Translations under genes and position numbers: made by a program
Assembly (NCBI GenBank): GCA_964390145.1
Contig: CAYMHB010000004.1
Span: 11,545 to 75,544, forward strand
Source of the DNA: an uncultured Oscillospiraceae bacterium
Lineage (GTDB): Bacteria > Bacillota > Clostridia > UMGS1883
Direction: 5' to 3'
DNA: 64,000 nucleotides
The notes under the pieces: generated by a model
Seen by the model: only the letters and a program-made list of their open reading frames with translations
The model's database searches: none
What the model was told of the DNA's origin: nothing
Shown: positions 20,615-30,023 of the stretch, piece by piece
How positions within the stretch are numbered: position 1 is the first letter of the stretch
Layout: the number at the start of each line of letters is the position of its first letter

Positions 20615-21541
20615 ATGATATACAAACAAATAACCCAGCTCATTGGCAAAACACCCCTGATGGAGCTTTCAAATTATCAAAAAGAAAATAATCTTGACGC
20701 AAAAATCATTGCAAAGCTTGAATTTTTCAACCCTGCGGGAAGTGCGAAAGACCGTATCGCAGTAAAAATGATTGAAGATGCCGAGAAAAAGGGGCTTCTT
20801 AAAAAGGGAAGTGTCATTATTGAGCCAACAAGCGGAAATACGGGCATCGGTCTTGCATCATGCGCGGCGGCAAAGGGGTATAAGGTCATTCTGACAATGC
20901 CCGAAACGATGTCGGTTGAACGCAGAATGCTCCTTGGTGCATACGGAGCGGAAATTGTACTGACCGAGGGCTCAAAAGGTATGAGCGGTGCTATTGAAAA
21001 AGCAAATGAGCTTGCAAAAGAACACGAAAACAGTTTTATTCCGTCGCAGTTTGAAAACGAGGCAAATCCCCGTGCGCATTATGAAACTACAGGTCCTGAA
21101 ATCTGGCAGGATATGGGCGGCGAGGTTGATATTTTCGTGGCAGGTATCGGCACAGGCGGTACGATAAGCGGTACGGGACGCTACCTGAAAGAAAAAAATC
21201 CCGACATCAGAATTATTGGCGTCGAGCCGAGCGATTCTCCGCTCATTACAAAAGGAGCGAGCGGAGCGCATAAAATTCAGGGAATTGGGGCAAACTTTAT
21301 TCCTAAAACGTTTGACAAAGATATTTGCGACGAAATTATGGCAATCGATGCCGAGGACGCTTTTAAGGCAGGAAGAGCTCTTGCAAGAGGCGAGGGCATC
21401 CTTGTCGGAATATCATCAGGCGCGGCACTTCACGCGGCAAAAATACTTGCCGCGAGAGAAGAAAACAAAGGCAAAAACATCGTTGTTCTTTTACCCGATA
21501 CGGGCGAGAGATATTTATCAAGCGAAATGTTTATGAAATAA
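20615..21541 (+). CDS. cysK: cysteine synthase A (O-acetylserine sulfhydrylase)
   Basis: It has a PLP-dependent fold with the lysine motif NPAGSAKDR and the glycine loop GIGTGGTISG. Confidence 0.92.
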   Translation: MIYKQITQLIGKTPLMELSNYQKENNLDAKIIAKLEFFNPAGSAKDRIAVKMIEDAEKKGLLKKGSVIIEPTSGNTGIGLASCAAAKGYKVILTMPETMSVERRMLLGAYGAEIVLTEGSKGMSGAIEKANELAKEHENSFIPSQFENEANPRAHYETTGPEIWQDMGGEVDIFVAGIGTGGTISGTGRYLKEKNPDIRIIGVEPSDSPLITKGASGAHKIQGIGANFIPKTFDKDICDEIMAIDAEDAFKAGRALARGEGILVGISSGAALHAAKILAAREENKGKNIVVLLPDTGERYLSSEMFMK

Positions 21542-21545
21542 GCAA

Positions 21546-21578
21546 GAGAGGATAGGAAAACAAATTTCTATCCTCTTT
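21546..21578 (+). terminator. intrinsic terminator after cysK
   Basis: AGAGGATAGGAAAACAAATTTCTATCCTCTTT. Confidence 0.7.
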
Positions 21579-21600
21579 ATAAAATTTTTTTAAAAAATTG

Positions 21601-21629
21601 TTGACAACTTCCGTTTCCTATGTTATTAT
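21601..21629 (+). promoter_or_regulatory. sigma-A promoter for tRNA pair (TTGACA, 17 nt, TATTAT)
   Basis: Consensus -35 at 21601-21606. The -10 TATTAT at 21624-21629 overlaps a TATAAT. Confidence 0.55.
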
Positions 21630-21664
21630 AATATGCGTGTCACGGGTCGTGAAATTGAATATGT

Positions 21665-21740
21665 GCTGGTGTAGCTCAATTGGCAGAGCAGCTGATTTGT
21701 AATCAGCAGGTTGCGGGTTCGAGTCCCATCACCAGCTCCA
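21665..21740 (+). tRNA. tRNA-Thr (anticodon TGT)
   Basis: It has a cloverleaf with acceptor GCTGGTG/CACCAGC, a D-arm, an anticodon stem GCTGA/TCAGC with loop TTTGTAA, a T-loop TTCGAGT and an encoded CCA. Confidence 0.8.
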
Positions 21741-21825
21741 GGGAGAGTTCCCGAGCGGCCAAAGGGGGCAGACTGTAAATCTGTTGTCACTGACTTCGAT
21801 GGTTCGAATCCATCCTCTCCCACCA
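21741..21825 (+). tRNA. tRNA-Tyr (anticodon GTA), class II with long variable arm
   Basis: It has acceptor GGGAGAG/CTCTCCC, an anticodon loop CTGTAAA, a long variable arm, a T-arm GATGG-TTCGAAT-CCATC and an encoded CCA. Confidence 0.85.
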
Positions 21826-21828
21826 AAA

Positions 21829-21873
21829 AGAAACGACAGTTTTCGTATCGAAAGTTGTCGTTTCTTTTTGTAC
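21829..21873 (+). terminator. intrinsic terminator after tRNA-Tyr
   Basis: AAGAAACGACAGTTTTCGTATCGAAAGTTGTCGTTTCTTTTTG. Confidence 0.7.
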
Positions 21874-21976
21874 TATTATCTTTTCACTTTTCTCTCTTCA
21901 CTCTTCACAAAAAATTGTCGTTTCCAGAGAAGAGATAAGAGAGAATAGAGAAGAGAAATGGTTGCTTTGCTTGGCC

Positions 21977-22130
21977 ACCACCAGATAAGGAAGTATTGTC
22001 CTAAGAATCGTCTTTTTTTCGAATTAGGCAAGCAATAAAAATCCCGTAATACTAGCGTATTTCGGGATTTTTTTACGAAGCATAAACGGAAAATAAGGCT
22101 TCAAAACCATTACTTCCTTATCTGGCGGTG
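21977..22130. repeat. 24-bp terminal inverted repeats (CACCRCCAGATAAGGAAGTAWTG) bounding a ~110-bp core with an internal terminator hairpin
   Basis: Left arm 21977-21997 and right arm 22107-22130 are reverse complements (22/24 match). The core contains AAAAATCCCGTAATACTAGCGTATTTCGGGATTTTTTT. Confidence 0.6.
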
Positions 22131-22142
22131 CCCTTGAGGTAC

Positions 22143-23336
22143 TTATTTATTTTCTTTTGTCATTAGCGATATTAAAAACCCTACAGCGGGCAAAGCACAC
22201 CACAACAAGATAATTCCGTTCCAGCCCAAAATTTCTATTGTATGAGCAAATAAAATATTTGTTGCTGAAGCAAAAAGATACCCGCTAAAGTCCAGTACAC
22301 CATTTATGGTAGAAACCATACCGCTTTCTCTCTGTGATGGAATGTAAATACTCCATAACAGAGATGATGCGCTTCCTATTGACATTTGTGCCACAAGAAG
22401 GCAGAGAATGTTTAAATAAGGAATATTAACAAATCTCATTCCGAAAAAGAAGACTGTTGCAAATATAAATGAAAAACGAATCATTTTTATATCTTTTCCT
22501 TTTAGAAGGTTAAAGAAAAATAAAGTGATAAAAGGAGTAACGCTTTTGATAAAGGACATCATAGAGTAAATAGACTTTGCTATGTTTTCATCAATGCATA
22601 ACTGCTCTGTAAAATATGTAGGAATCCAGAAATTGATAGATGCAGCGGAAATTTCTGCTATAGCTCCAACAAAAATATAAAATATAAAATGTTTAAGTAA
22701 AAACACTTTAAATATATTTTTAAAACCGTTGGAATTTTTTGAAAGGGTATAGGTAATATATCCTTTCTTTTCAAATAAAGTAAAAATAAAATAGGCAACA
22801 AAACCTATAAATAAAGCAATAATACCTGCAATTATAAAAGTATTACGCCAATTAAAAAATATGGAAATCAGGCTTGCGATTAAAGGTCCGGTGAAACTGG
22901 CACAGGAAAGAAATGTACAAATTATGCGTGAATGGTTAGGTTGCGTGTTTTCGGAAATGGTTTTTACCAGAGGACCACGCAACATGGAAAGAGAAAAACC
23001 TATCAGCGCAAAAAGAATAATATGAATAACCTGGTTGTCGGTGAATGAGAAAAACAAACTTGAAAGGCCACACAACACCATACCGCCGACAATCATCAAC
23101 TTGGGTTTGACAATATCTCCCATTATTCCGTTAATAAGCTGACCTATAGCATAAAATAGCATATATACAGATGAAAGGGAGCCTAAAAACTCTTTTGTAA
23201 ACAGCCCTGTTTTAAGCATATCCGGTGATGTAACGCTTAATACATTTCTCATATAATAACTTACCACGTAAGAACTTACGCAAACAGTACCGATTTGTAC
23301 CGCTCGGCTAATAGTTGTTTTGTTTTTATTTTCCAT
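22143..23336 (-). CDS. MFS transporter
   Basis: A 397-aa protein with 12 predicted TM segments and a typical MFS N-terminal motif region. It is divergent from a DeoR regulator. Confidence 0.75.
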   Translation of the reverse strand: MENKNKTTISRAVQIGTVCVSSYVVSYYMRNVLSVTSPDMLKTGLFTKEFLGSLSSVYMLFYAIGQLINGIMGDIVKPKLMIVGGMVLCGLSSLFFSFTDNQVIHIILFALIGFSLSMLRGPLVKTISENTQPNHSRIICTFLSCASFTGPLIASLISIFFNWRNTFIIAGIIALFIGFVAYFIFTLFEKKGYITYTLSKNSNGFKNIFKVFLLKHFIFYIFVGAIAEISAASINFWIPTYFTEQLCIDENIAKSIYSMMSFIKSVTPFITLFFFNLLKGKDIKMIRFSFIFATVFFFGMRFVNIPYLNILCLLVAQMSIGSASSLLWSIYIPSQRESGMVSTINGVLDFSGYLFASATNILFAHTIEILGWNGIILLWCALPAVGFLISLMTKENK

Positions 23337-23465
23337 ATTTGCGCCTCCAAATTTGACATTTTAAATCACGTCATATATAATACTACATATTAGCAAAAAA
23401 TCAAGTAGGTTCATTAAAATGATAAAATCTCAAAAAATCTCAAACAACAGTTTGGAGGTGTTTGC

Positions 23466-24212
23466 ATGTACCAGAAAGAACGAATAGACTTAATACTAAG
23501 AATTCTTCATGAAAACGGATATGTAAATGTAAAGTATCTGTGTGATGAAATCGGATATAGTAAAGCGACTATCAATCGTGACCTGAATTACATGGAAAAG
23601 CAAAAAATGATAGTACGAAGCTACGGTGCGGTTGAAATTGTTGAAAATAAGAATGTTCAGCTTGAATTCAGATATCATAAAATGAAACGAGAAAAGATAA
23701 AATTGTGTAAAGCTGCAGCGGAACTTATAAAAGATGGTGAAACAATTTATATTGATTCATCATCTACCACTGAATTTATGGCACAGTATCTCATTAAAAA
23801 AAACAACCTGACGGTAATAACAAGCAATATGGCTATTGTATCCTATCTGAGTAAGTTTACAAATATAAAAGTTATTTGTTTGGGTGGCGAGGTGATAGAA
23901 CCACCATCAATGCTTGGTGGGGATTTGTGCGTGAAAAATGCTATGAGCCATAAAGCAGACAAACTATTTTTTGCTACACATAGTATAAATGAAAACGGAG
24001 AAATTGGCGGTGGAGGAAGATATAATCTTCTTTTAAATGTAATGGCACAAAATTCAGATGAAGTAATTTATCTTGTAGACCATACAAAAATAAATCTTGC
24101 GTCTAAAACAGTTATTATGACAGCAGATAGTGTTGATATAATTTTAAGCGACTATGTATTTAGCGAAAAATTCAAAGAAAAATACAATCTTACCAAATTT
24201 ATAGAAATATAA
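23466..24212 (+). CDS. DeoR/GlpR family transcriptional regulator
   Basis: It has an N-terminal wHTH (RIDLILRILHENGYVNVKYLCDEIGYSKATINRDL) and a C-terminal DeoR sugar-binding domain. The RBS is GGAGGTG. Confidence 0.85.
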   Translation: MYQKERIDLILRILHENGYVNVKYLCDEIGYSKATINRDLNYMEKQKMIVRSYGAVEIVENKNVQLEFRYHKMKREKIKLCKAAAELIKDGETIYIDSSSTTEFMAQYLIKKNNLTVITSNMAIVSYLSKFTNIKVICLGGEVIEPPSMLGGDLCVKNAMSHKADKLFFATHSINENGEIGGGGRYNLLLNVMAQNSDEVIYLVDHTKINLASKTVIMTADSVDIILSDYVFSEKFKEKYNLTKFIEI

Positions 24213-24247
24213 CATAGTTATAGTGCATCTAAACCATTCGGCTCTTC

Positions 24248-24290
24248 CACAAAAAAATCCCCGTGCTTTGGTACGGGGATTTTTTTTGTG
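24248..24290. terminator. bidirectional terminator after the DeoR gene
   Basis: ACAAAAAAATCCCCGTGCTTTGGTACGGGGATTTTTTTTGTGG. Confidence 0.7.
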
Positions 24291-24426
24291 GTATTTGAAG
24301 GATTCGAACGAGCGGTAGTGAATGACAGTCCCGATGGACTGTCAGAGCCGCGAGATGGCTTTTCCGCAGAAAAGCGAATCCATCCCTCGGGGGTATTTTA
24401 TATCAACAAAGTTGATACTTCATTCA

Positions 24427-24891
24427 TCAACTATACATTGAATTTTTCTGCATATAGTCGTAAATCTGTTTGCCGTGCTCTTGTTCTTCTTTCTGGATGT
24501 GGTTGATTTTCTGACGGACAGCTTCGTCCTTAAACTCGAAAACACAGGTGTCGTACAGGTGCGATGCGTGCTTTTCGGCAGCGAGCAGGTCGCTTGCGAG
24601 GAAAGAGTCTTCCTTTTTCTCCTGTGTGTCGGCGGGGCCGTAATATTCGGTAAAGGTTGGTGCGTTCTGACCTTGCGCCTGTGCCTGCGGAGCGGTGGGT
24701 TCTCCGTTTTCAATTTTGGTAAGCGTATCGTAATGACCCTGCTCCACCTGAGAAATTTTAATAAAAAGCTGTCTGAGTTGCGGGTCGTGCGCATCCTGTG
24801 CCGCCTTTGTGTACTTTTCAATACACAGTTTTTCTGTGTCCTTCATATCCTTGAGTAAGTTCTTTTCTTTTTCTGAAAATTGTGTCTGCAT
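24427..24891 (-). CDS. spore coat protein F-like (Coat_F domain) protein
   Basis: A 154-aa protein with paired helical segments containing Coat_F-like motifs (QVEQGHYDTL ... DLLAAEKHASHLYD). The identification is from memory of the family pattern. Confidence 0.45.
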   Translation of the reverse strand: MQTQFSEKEKNLLKDMKDTEKLCIEKYTKAAQDAHDPQLRQLFIKISQVEQGHYDTLTKIENGEPTAPQAQAQGQNAPTFTEYYGPADTQEKKEDSFLASDLLAAEKHASHLYDTCVFEFKDEAVRQKINHIQKEEQEHGKQIYDYMQKNSMYS

Positions 24892-24932
24892 AAAAAATCA
24901 CCTCGGCAGTATTTTCCCACCGAGGCGTTTTT

Positions 24933-27194
24933 TTATTCAAAAATTTTCCTGAAAGAGTAGCTTACATCATTTTCTGTGATATCAAATGACAAATAAGCCG
25001 AAGTTTCAATCGATTTATGAAGCATTTTTTCAGTTTTTGAATTTGAGACCGAGATAAATCTTGCACCGTGCTTCATCGTGGTAAAGTTTTCGTCGCCGCG
25101 GTAAATAACAAATACATTTTTTGTTTCTGATGCTTGTTCGAGCATAGAATAAAACGCTTCACGGTCAATGTCGCTTACAAAATCCTCTTTTTCATTTAAA
25201 AGGATGAAAACATTTTTATCATTTCCCGAAAGAATATCCGAGAGCTTGCCCCACTGTGTTCCACGGGCTATTTTTCCGCCTGAACACTCAAGCGAAATTA
25301 TCTTCGAATGGGGAATCTCCGTCACGGCATATTCTCCCGCCGAAAGTGGTGCATTTTCAGGGGTAAGGTCATCAATTCTCTCTCCGCCGAGTGCCGCCGA
25401 CATATCCGATTTTTCGCAAATATCCATAATATGCGCATACGTAATGCGGTCGTAAAGGGTTGTCACGCTTGATAAACTGAAGATGTCAAACGTGTAACCT
25501 ATGTCTTTTTCTTTGTAAAGAGGGTCCTTGAAGACGCTGTCTTTGTTGTCAATGTCAAACTTTCCACAGGTTAACTTGATGTTTCTTTCTGCGCCTGAAT
25601 GTGACAGGGTAAGAAGCGTTGCATCCTCTTTTTCAGCCGTTATAACTCCATCTTTGAGGGTTATGAAGTCCTTGTCATATTTGGGATTAAGCAGGGAGAT
25701 GTCATTTACAACGGCTGAATTTCCGTCCTTGTCGAAAACCGTAATCTTGCCGCGGAGAGACACTTCCCCTCCCACTTCAAGAGCGTATTCACGGGGAGCA
25801 ACGATTCCCGACACGCTTTCGATTACATAAAGTGTTACGCTGTCGGTCTTTTTTCCGTTGTAGTAAAGGTCGAGTGTAACCGCGCCCTCTTTTTCGGGAT
25901 AGTATATGTCGTTTTTAACATATCCGCGTCCTGTGGGAACTTTCCACTTTATATCTGTTCCTACACTTTTCGGGGTGTTGTAATTTTTATCGTAAGGAAT
26001 ATATGAAAGCTTAACTCCGTCACCCGAAAGAACAACATCTCTCTCCGATTTGGCGAAAAGCCCTGTCGCCACATCAGGCTCAGCATCGCTTGTGATTGCG
26101 AGCGCGTTGATAACTTTTCTGTTTTCGGTAGGTGTGTTTATGGTATGAAGCTCGCCATTTTCAAGCGTTTTTCCCACAAGCGCCGTTGAGCCGCCGCCGT
26201 CGAGGTTAATTGCGTTTACCATACCCATTTCAAGGCAGATGTCTGAAAGCACTTCAAGGCTTACGCCACGGCTGTCGGTTTTTCTGCCGTCCACCGTCAG
26301 CATATAAATCACTGTACCGTCCGCATTTGTGCCGATAACGCTTCGCGGATGGGTTCCGCTTACGCTATGGGTGATGGGCGTTTTTTCTCCGTCTTTCAAA
26401 AGGAGTGTTCCGCCACCGAAGGCTGTTTCCACCCCCTCAAGCGAGGGGGATACACTTAAGCTGATTTCAAGCTCGTCGCCGATATTCACATTGTGGTAAA
26501 GAGTCGGTGACATATTGTCGTCAATTACGAGAATGTATCCTTTTTCGGGAATCAGGACCGTTCCGCCAAAGCTTGTGCCCTTGCCCGTAACTTTGCCGTC
26601 CGTAACTGTTATCGCCGTGATTCCTGCAGGTAAAAACGGAGATTCGCCGCCGTTAAATGCAGGGGTATAAACCAAAAGCGAGCCGTAATAGTCGGTGGGC
26701 TTATTTATATGTGCAACGGGCACTTTTTCGCCATTTGCCATGGTAAGGAGCGCCTTGAAATCCACATAGGAAAAGGAGAGCGCGTTATCATCCCAGAAGC
26801 CTGCCGCCATGTCGGAATTGATATGCGACTGCAAAAGTGCTCCATCCTTGACCTCGATACCAAGAGAGAAATTCTGGTCATTTTTATAAATCGAGAAAAA
26901 GTCACCGTTTATTGCAACGACTGCATCCTCTTCATCCTTTGCAAGCTGCATAACGGTCGCCATTTTGTCGCATCCTTCGCTTTTTTTCAGGAGTTCAAAA
27001 GCGAGGTTTTCGTTTTTCAGGTCTGCCGTTATTAAATTTATGTCGAGCGCATAACTTCCGTAAAAACGCTTTTCATTTTTAAGTGTCACTCCGCCTGTCA
27101 CGACCTCCTCATTAACCGTCGTATAAAGAGGTTGTGCCTGTGCACCAAGCGTGATACTTAAAATAAGAGCTGTGATTATAAGTAGTTTTTTCAT
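24933..27194 (-). CDS. secreted phosphodiester glycosidase family protein (DUF2233/NAGPA-like) with additional C-terminal domains
   Basis: A 753-aa protein with an N-terminal signal peptide. The phosphodiester glycosidase core has the conserved NLDGGGSTALV motif. The C-terminal ~250 aa are unassigned. Confidence 0.6.
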   Translation of the reverse strand: MKKLLIITALILSITLGAQAQPLYTTVNEEVVTGGVTLKNEKRFYGSYALDINLITADLKNENLAFELLKKSEGCDKMATVMQLAKDEEDAVVAINGDFFSIYKNDQNFSLGIEVKDGALLQSHINSDMAAGFWDDNALSFSYVDFKALLTMANGEKVPVAHINKPTDYYGSLLVYTPAFNGGESPFLPAGITAITVTDGKVTGKGTSFGGTVLIPEKGYILVIDDNMSPTLYHNVNIGDELEISLSVSPSLEGVETAFGGGTLLLKDGEKTPITHSVSGTHPRSVIGTNADGTVIYMLTVDGRKTDSRGVSLEVLSDICLEMGMVNAINLDGGGSTALVGKTLENGELHTINTPTENRKVINALAITSDAEPDVATGLFAKSERDVVLSGDGVKLSYIPYDKNYNTPKSVGTDIKWKVPTGRGYVKNDIYYPEKEGAVTLDLYYNGKKTDSVTLYVIESVSGIVAPREYALEVGGEVSLRGKITVFDKDGNSAVVNDISLLNPKYDKDFITLKDGVITAEKEDATLLTLSHSGAERNIKLTCGKFDIDNKDSVFKDPLYKEKDIGYTFDIFSLSSVTTLYDRITYAHIMDICEKSDMSAALGGERIDDLTPENAPLSAGEYAVTEIPHSKIISLECSGGKIARGTQWGKLSDILSGNDKNVFILLNEKEDFVSDIDREAFYSMLEQASETKNVFVIYRGDENFTTMKHGARFISVSNSKTEKMLHKSIETSAYLSFDITENDVSYSFRKIFE

Positions 27195-27198
27195 CGCA

Positions 27199-27933
27199 TC
27201 ATCCTCGGTTTTGTCTTACGGCTTCGTAAATGAAAAGTGCCGCCGCAACAGACGCATTAAGCGAGTTAACATCGCCTTTCATAGGGATTTTAACCTTGAA
27301 ATCACATTTTTCGAGAACGAGCTTGCTTATACCCTCACCCTCGCTGCCGATAACGATTGCCACCGCACCTTTAAGGTCAGATTCGTAAATATCCTTTTCA
27401 CCCGATGCGTCTGCACCCGTTACCCATATGTTTTTCTTTTTAAGGTCATCGATAGTTTTTGCAAGAGAGCTTACCCTTGCAACGGGAGTGTATTCAACCG
27501 CACCTGCACTCGCCTTGGCACAAACGGCGGTGAGGCCTGCGCTGTCATGCTTGGAAATAATTATTCCGTGCGCACCTGCACAGTTTGCAGTTCTGATGAT
27601 TGAGCCTAAATTTCTCGGGTCGGCAATTCTGTCAAGAATAACGATAAAAGGGGGTTCGTCCTTTTCCTCGGCAATTTTTAATATATCGTCAACAGTTTTG
27701 TATTCCGCTGCACTGCAAAGCGCAATTACACCCTGATGCACGCCTGTCTGACTCATTTCGTCAAGTTTTCTGCCGTCGGTTTCAGTGACGATAATCCCTT
27801 TTTCCTTCGCCATACGGATAATGGGAATTATACTTCCGTTCTTGTCACCTTTTTTTACATAGATCTTGTCTATATTTCTGCCGCTTTTAAGAGCTTCTGT
27901 GACAGGGTTTCTGCCTTCTATTTTATCTGTCAT
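27199..27933 (-). CDS. rlmB: 23S rRNA (guanosine2251-2'-O)-methyltransferase RlmB (SpoU/TrmH family)
   Basis: It has an N-terminal substrate-binding domain (GRNPVTEAL) plus a SpoU methylase domain (GAHGIIIS, NVSVAAAL-like C-terminus). Confidence 0.8.
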   Translation of the reverse strand: MTDKIEGRNPVTEALKSGRNIDKIYVKKGDKNGSIIPIIRMAKEKGIIVTETDGRKLDEMSQTGVHQGVIALCSAAEYKTVDDILKIAEEKDEPPFIVILDRIADPRNLGSIIRTANCAGAHGIIISKHDSAGLTAVCAKASAGAVEYTPVARVSSLAKTIDDLKKKNIWVTGADASGEKDIYESDLKGAVAIVIGSEGEGISKLVLEKCDFKVKIPMKGDVNSLNASVAAALFIYEAVRQNRG

Positions 27934-28007
27934 AATAACGCCTCCTTGCCTTATTTCCTATTCTATCATAAATTTGCTCAAAAGTTTACCTTTGTAATAA
28001 AAATTTA

Positions 28008-29426
28008 TTATTTGTAATTATCTGGCAACGGATGGAGAAAAACCATAACGGCTAGGAATGTCCATATTACTGTCAAAACCAGAAAGTCTTCGGTATATTC
28101 AATAGTGGCATACGGAAGAGCGCTTATACTTTCGCATAAGCGTATGATTCCGTCTGCGAGAAATCTTGTTGCAGGGGCTAAAACTGCGGCAATCGGCTTT
28201 ACGGGAGATCCAATTACAAAAAACATTCCCAGTATCACATAAATTGACGACAGCGGAACGGCGATAATATTTGACAACGGGGCATAGGGAGTTATAATGC
28301 CGAAATAACACACGAGTATCGGTGTTAAGGTAAGTTGCGCGGAAAGTGTCAGGGCGATTGCATCCGCCACCATTTCGGGAATAAAAAGCCTGAAGAAATC
28401 AGAGAATTTTCTGCTGAAAAGTATGATTCCCAATACCGAGAAGACTGAAAGTATAAAACCGATATTGAATATGATGTACGGATTTACAAGAACCATTACC
28501 CAGAATGTGCAAAAAAGCGAGGTCAGACCGTCGTTTTCGCGATACAGAATGCGCGAAAGATAGTACATAAAGCACATAAGAAGTGCGCGCACAATACTTG
28601 CACCTGCACCTGTGAGAAGAGTTATGAAAACTGCAATTATAATTGCGAGGATAAATCCGAATCTGCCTCTTCCCAAGAGGCGCTTTATGAAAAGCATCAG
28701 AAAGGCAATTACAATCGAAAGATGCATTCCCGAAACAACGGCTATATGATTAAGTCCGCTTCCCTGAAGTGATGCGTAGAGCTTATCTGAAAGAAGACTT
28801 TTGTCGCCAAATATCATTGCATTAAAAAGCGCACGCTCATCGCTCGGAAAATAATTTCTTCCAATCTCGTTTGCGCTTCTCCTCAAAGAGTAAATCTTTC
28901 CCATAATGCCTTTGTTGTATCTGCCTGTAATTCTTACACGGTCGGCTTCCGCCTGAATATAAACTCCGTTCGATGCAAGGTAGTTTGAGAACCAATTTGT
29001 GCCGATTTTGCTTTCAGACGGCGCAGAAAGACTGATTTCACCCGTTACGATATCGCCGCAGAAAAGTTCATTTCTCTCTTTCAATGACAGGTATACACCG
29101 ACATTTCCGCGGTCTGTTTCAAGGAAGGCTAATGCTCTGCCGTCGGTCGTAGGCTCGGCAATAACAAGGCTCATCTCTCCGCTTTTGCCCTCGTTCTGAC
29201 TTGTAATGGTATTCCTGTGCGATTGGGCAAATTTCATACGCATTGTGCCCAGCAAAATTATTATAAGCGCGACCGCAAAAAGTCGCGCTTTACCCTTTTT
29301 TATAAAATATGCCGAGCATATTAAAGCGATTAAAAGAAATGTTATCTGCCCCGACAGTTTGCAAAAGGAGAGTAATATGCCCACGAAAAACAGTATCGCA
29401 CCAATAACAAGGGGTCTCTTTCTCAT
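28008..29426 (-). CDS. ComEC/Rec2-family membrane protein lacking the C-terminal metallo-beta-lactamase domain
   Basis: At 472 aa it has a DUF4131-like N-terminal region and a competence-domain motif (LNHIAVVSGMHLSIV). It is shorter than full-length ComEC (about 750 aa) and is translationally coupled to the upstream XRE gene. Confidence 0.65.
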   Translation of the reverse strand: MRKRPLVIGAILFFVGILLSFCKLSGQITFLLIALICSAYFIKKGKARLFAVALIIILLGTMRMKFAQSHRNTITSQNEGKSGEMSLVIAEPTTDGRALAFLETDRGNVGVYLSLKERNELFCGDIVTGEISLSAPSESKIGTNWFSNYLASNGVYIQAEADRVRITGRYNKGIMGKIYSLRRSANEIGRNYFPSDERALFNAMIFGDKSLLSDKLYASLQGSGLNHIAVVSGMHLSIVIAFLMLFIKRLLGRGRFGFILAIIIAVFITLLTGAGASIVRALLMCFMYYLSRILYRENDGLTSLFCTFWVMVLVNPYIIFNIGFILSVFSVLGIILFSRKFSDFFRLFIPEMVADAIALTLSAQLTLTPILVCYFGIITPYAPLSNIIAVPLSSIYVILGMFFVIGSPVKPIAAVLAPATRFLADGIIRLCESISALPYATIEYTEDFLVLTVIWTFLAVMVFLHPLPDNYK

Positions 29427-29427
29427 T

Positions 29428-29670
29428 TTATCTTATTTCCTGTTCGAGATTATCAAATAATGCTGACGCAAAAAACTCCTGTATGGAAATGCCAAGTCCG
29501 TCACAAATTTTCTTTATGGTCGAGATAGTGGTGCTGTTATTTCTTCCCCCGACAATATTGCTTAATGTTGACTGTGTTATTCCACACTCTGTAGCAAGTT
29601 TGTTGACAGTTATGCTATTCTTTTTGCAAAGGTCAAGAATTCTTAATTTCACTGCTTCTCCTATGTTCAT
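29428..29670 (-). CDS. XRE-family helix-turn-helix transcriptional regulator
   Basis: This 80-aa protein has the HTH LATECGITQSTLSNIVGG. Confidence 0.75.
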   Translation of the reverse strand: MNIGEAVKLRILDLCKKNSITVNKLATECGITQSTLSNIVGGRNNSTTISTIKKICDGLGISIQEFFASALFDNLEQEIR

Positions 29671-29837
29671 CGTATCACCTCAAAAGAGTTTTGTCAGTAT
29701 AATTTTAGCGCTTTTGAGTTGATATAATTACCTCTTTTGAGTTATGTTGTTCGTTGTAAAGAGTTTTCCTATAAAAAACCCACCACTCTGCTTTATTATG
29801 CCTATATAGCATCAAAAAGAGATATGGTGGGACTGTT

Positions 29838-29868
29838 ATGTTACCTTATTTCCTGTTCGAGATTATCA
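29838..29868 (-). pseudogene. orphan duplicate of the last 9 codons plus stop of the XRE gene (31-nt repeat, 30/31 identical to 29425-29455)
   Basis: TTAYCTTATTTCCTGTTCGAGATTATCAAAT occurs at both sites. It encodes FDNLEQEIR-stop in both, and the flanks are unrelated. Confidence 0.55.
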
Positions 29869-30023
29869 AATTCTTCCGTGGAGAAATTTTGCAAGGAATT
29901 ATCTCGAAGACGAGATGCTATGTACTTTTGGTTACAAAAGAACATTTGCCCTACAACTCTGCAAGACTTTTGTTTCTTTTTATAAAAGAAACAGCCGTTG
30001 CGAATGCAACGGCTCGTATTCAA

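Noticed and set aside
21977-22130. Possible SRP (4.5S/scRNA) domain IV motif AGATAAGGAAGTA
   Set aside because: The AAGGAAG-like string occurs in both arms of a perfect inverted repeat, so the two copies pair with each other. That is incompatible with the asymmetric internal loop of SRP RNA helix 8, and no Alu-domain or GGUGCUGUUU-like sequence is present.
24288-24426. tRNA-like or tmRNA-like 3-prime end (GTTCGAATCC...ACCA read on the minus strand) and the 72-aa ORF 24288-24506
   Set aside because: The T-loop-like GGATTCGAAC cannot be placed in a cloverleaf because no complementary T-stem or acceptor stem exists. The region is better explained as several hairpins (GACAGTCC-CGAT-GGACTGTC, GCTTTTC-CGCA-GAAAAGC) in the convergent 3-prime UTRs of the DeoR gene and the cotF-like gene. 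The ORF has no RBS and overlaps these structures.
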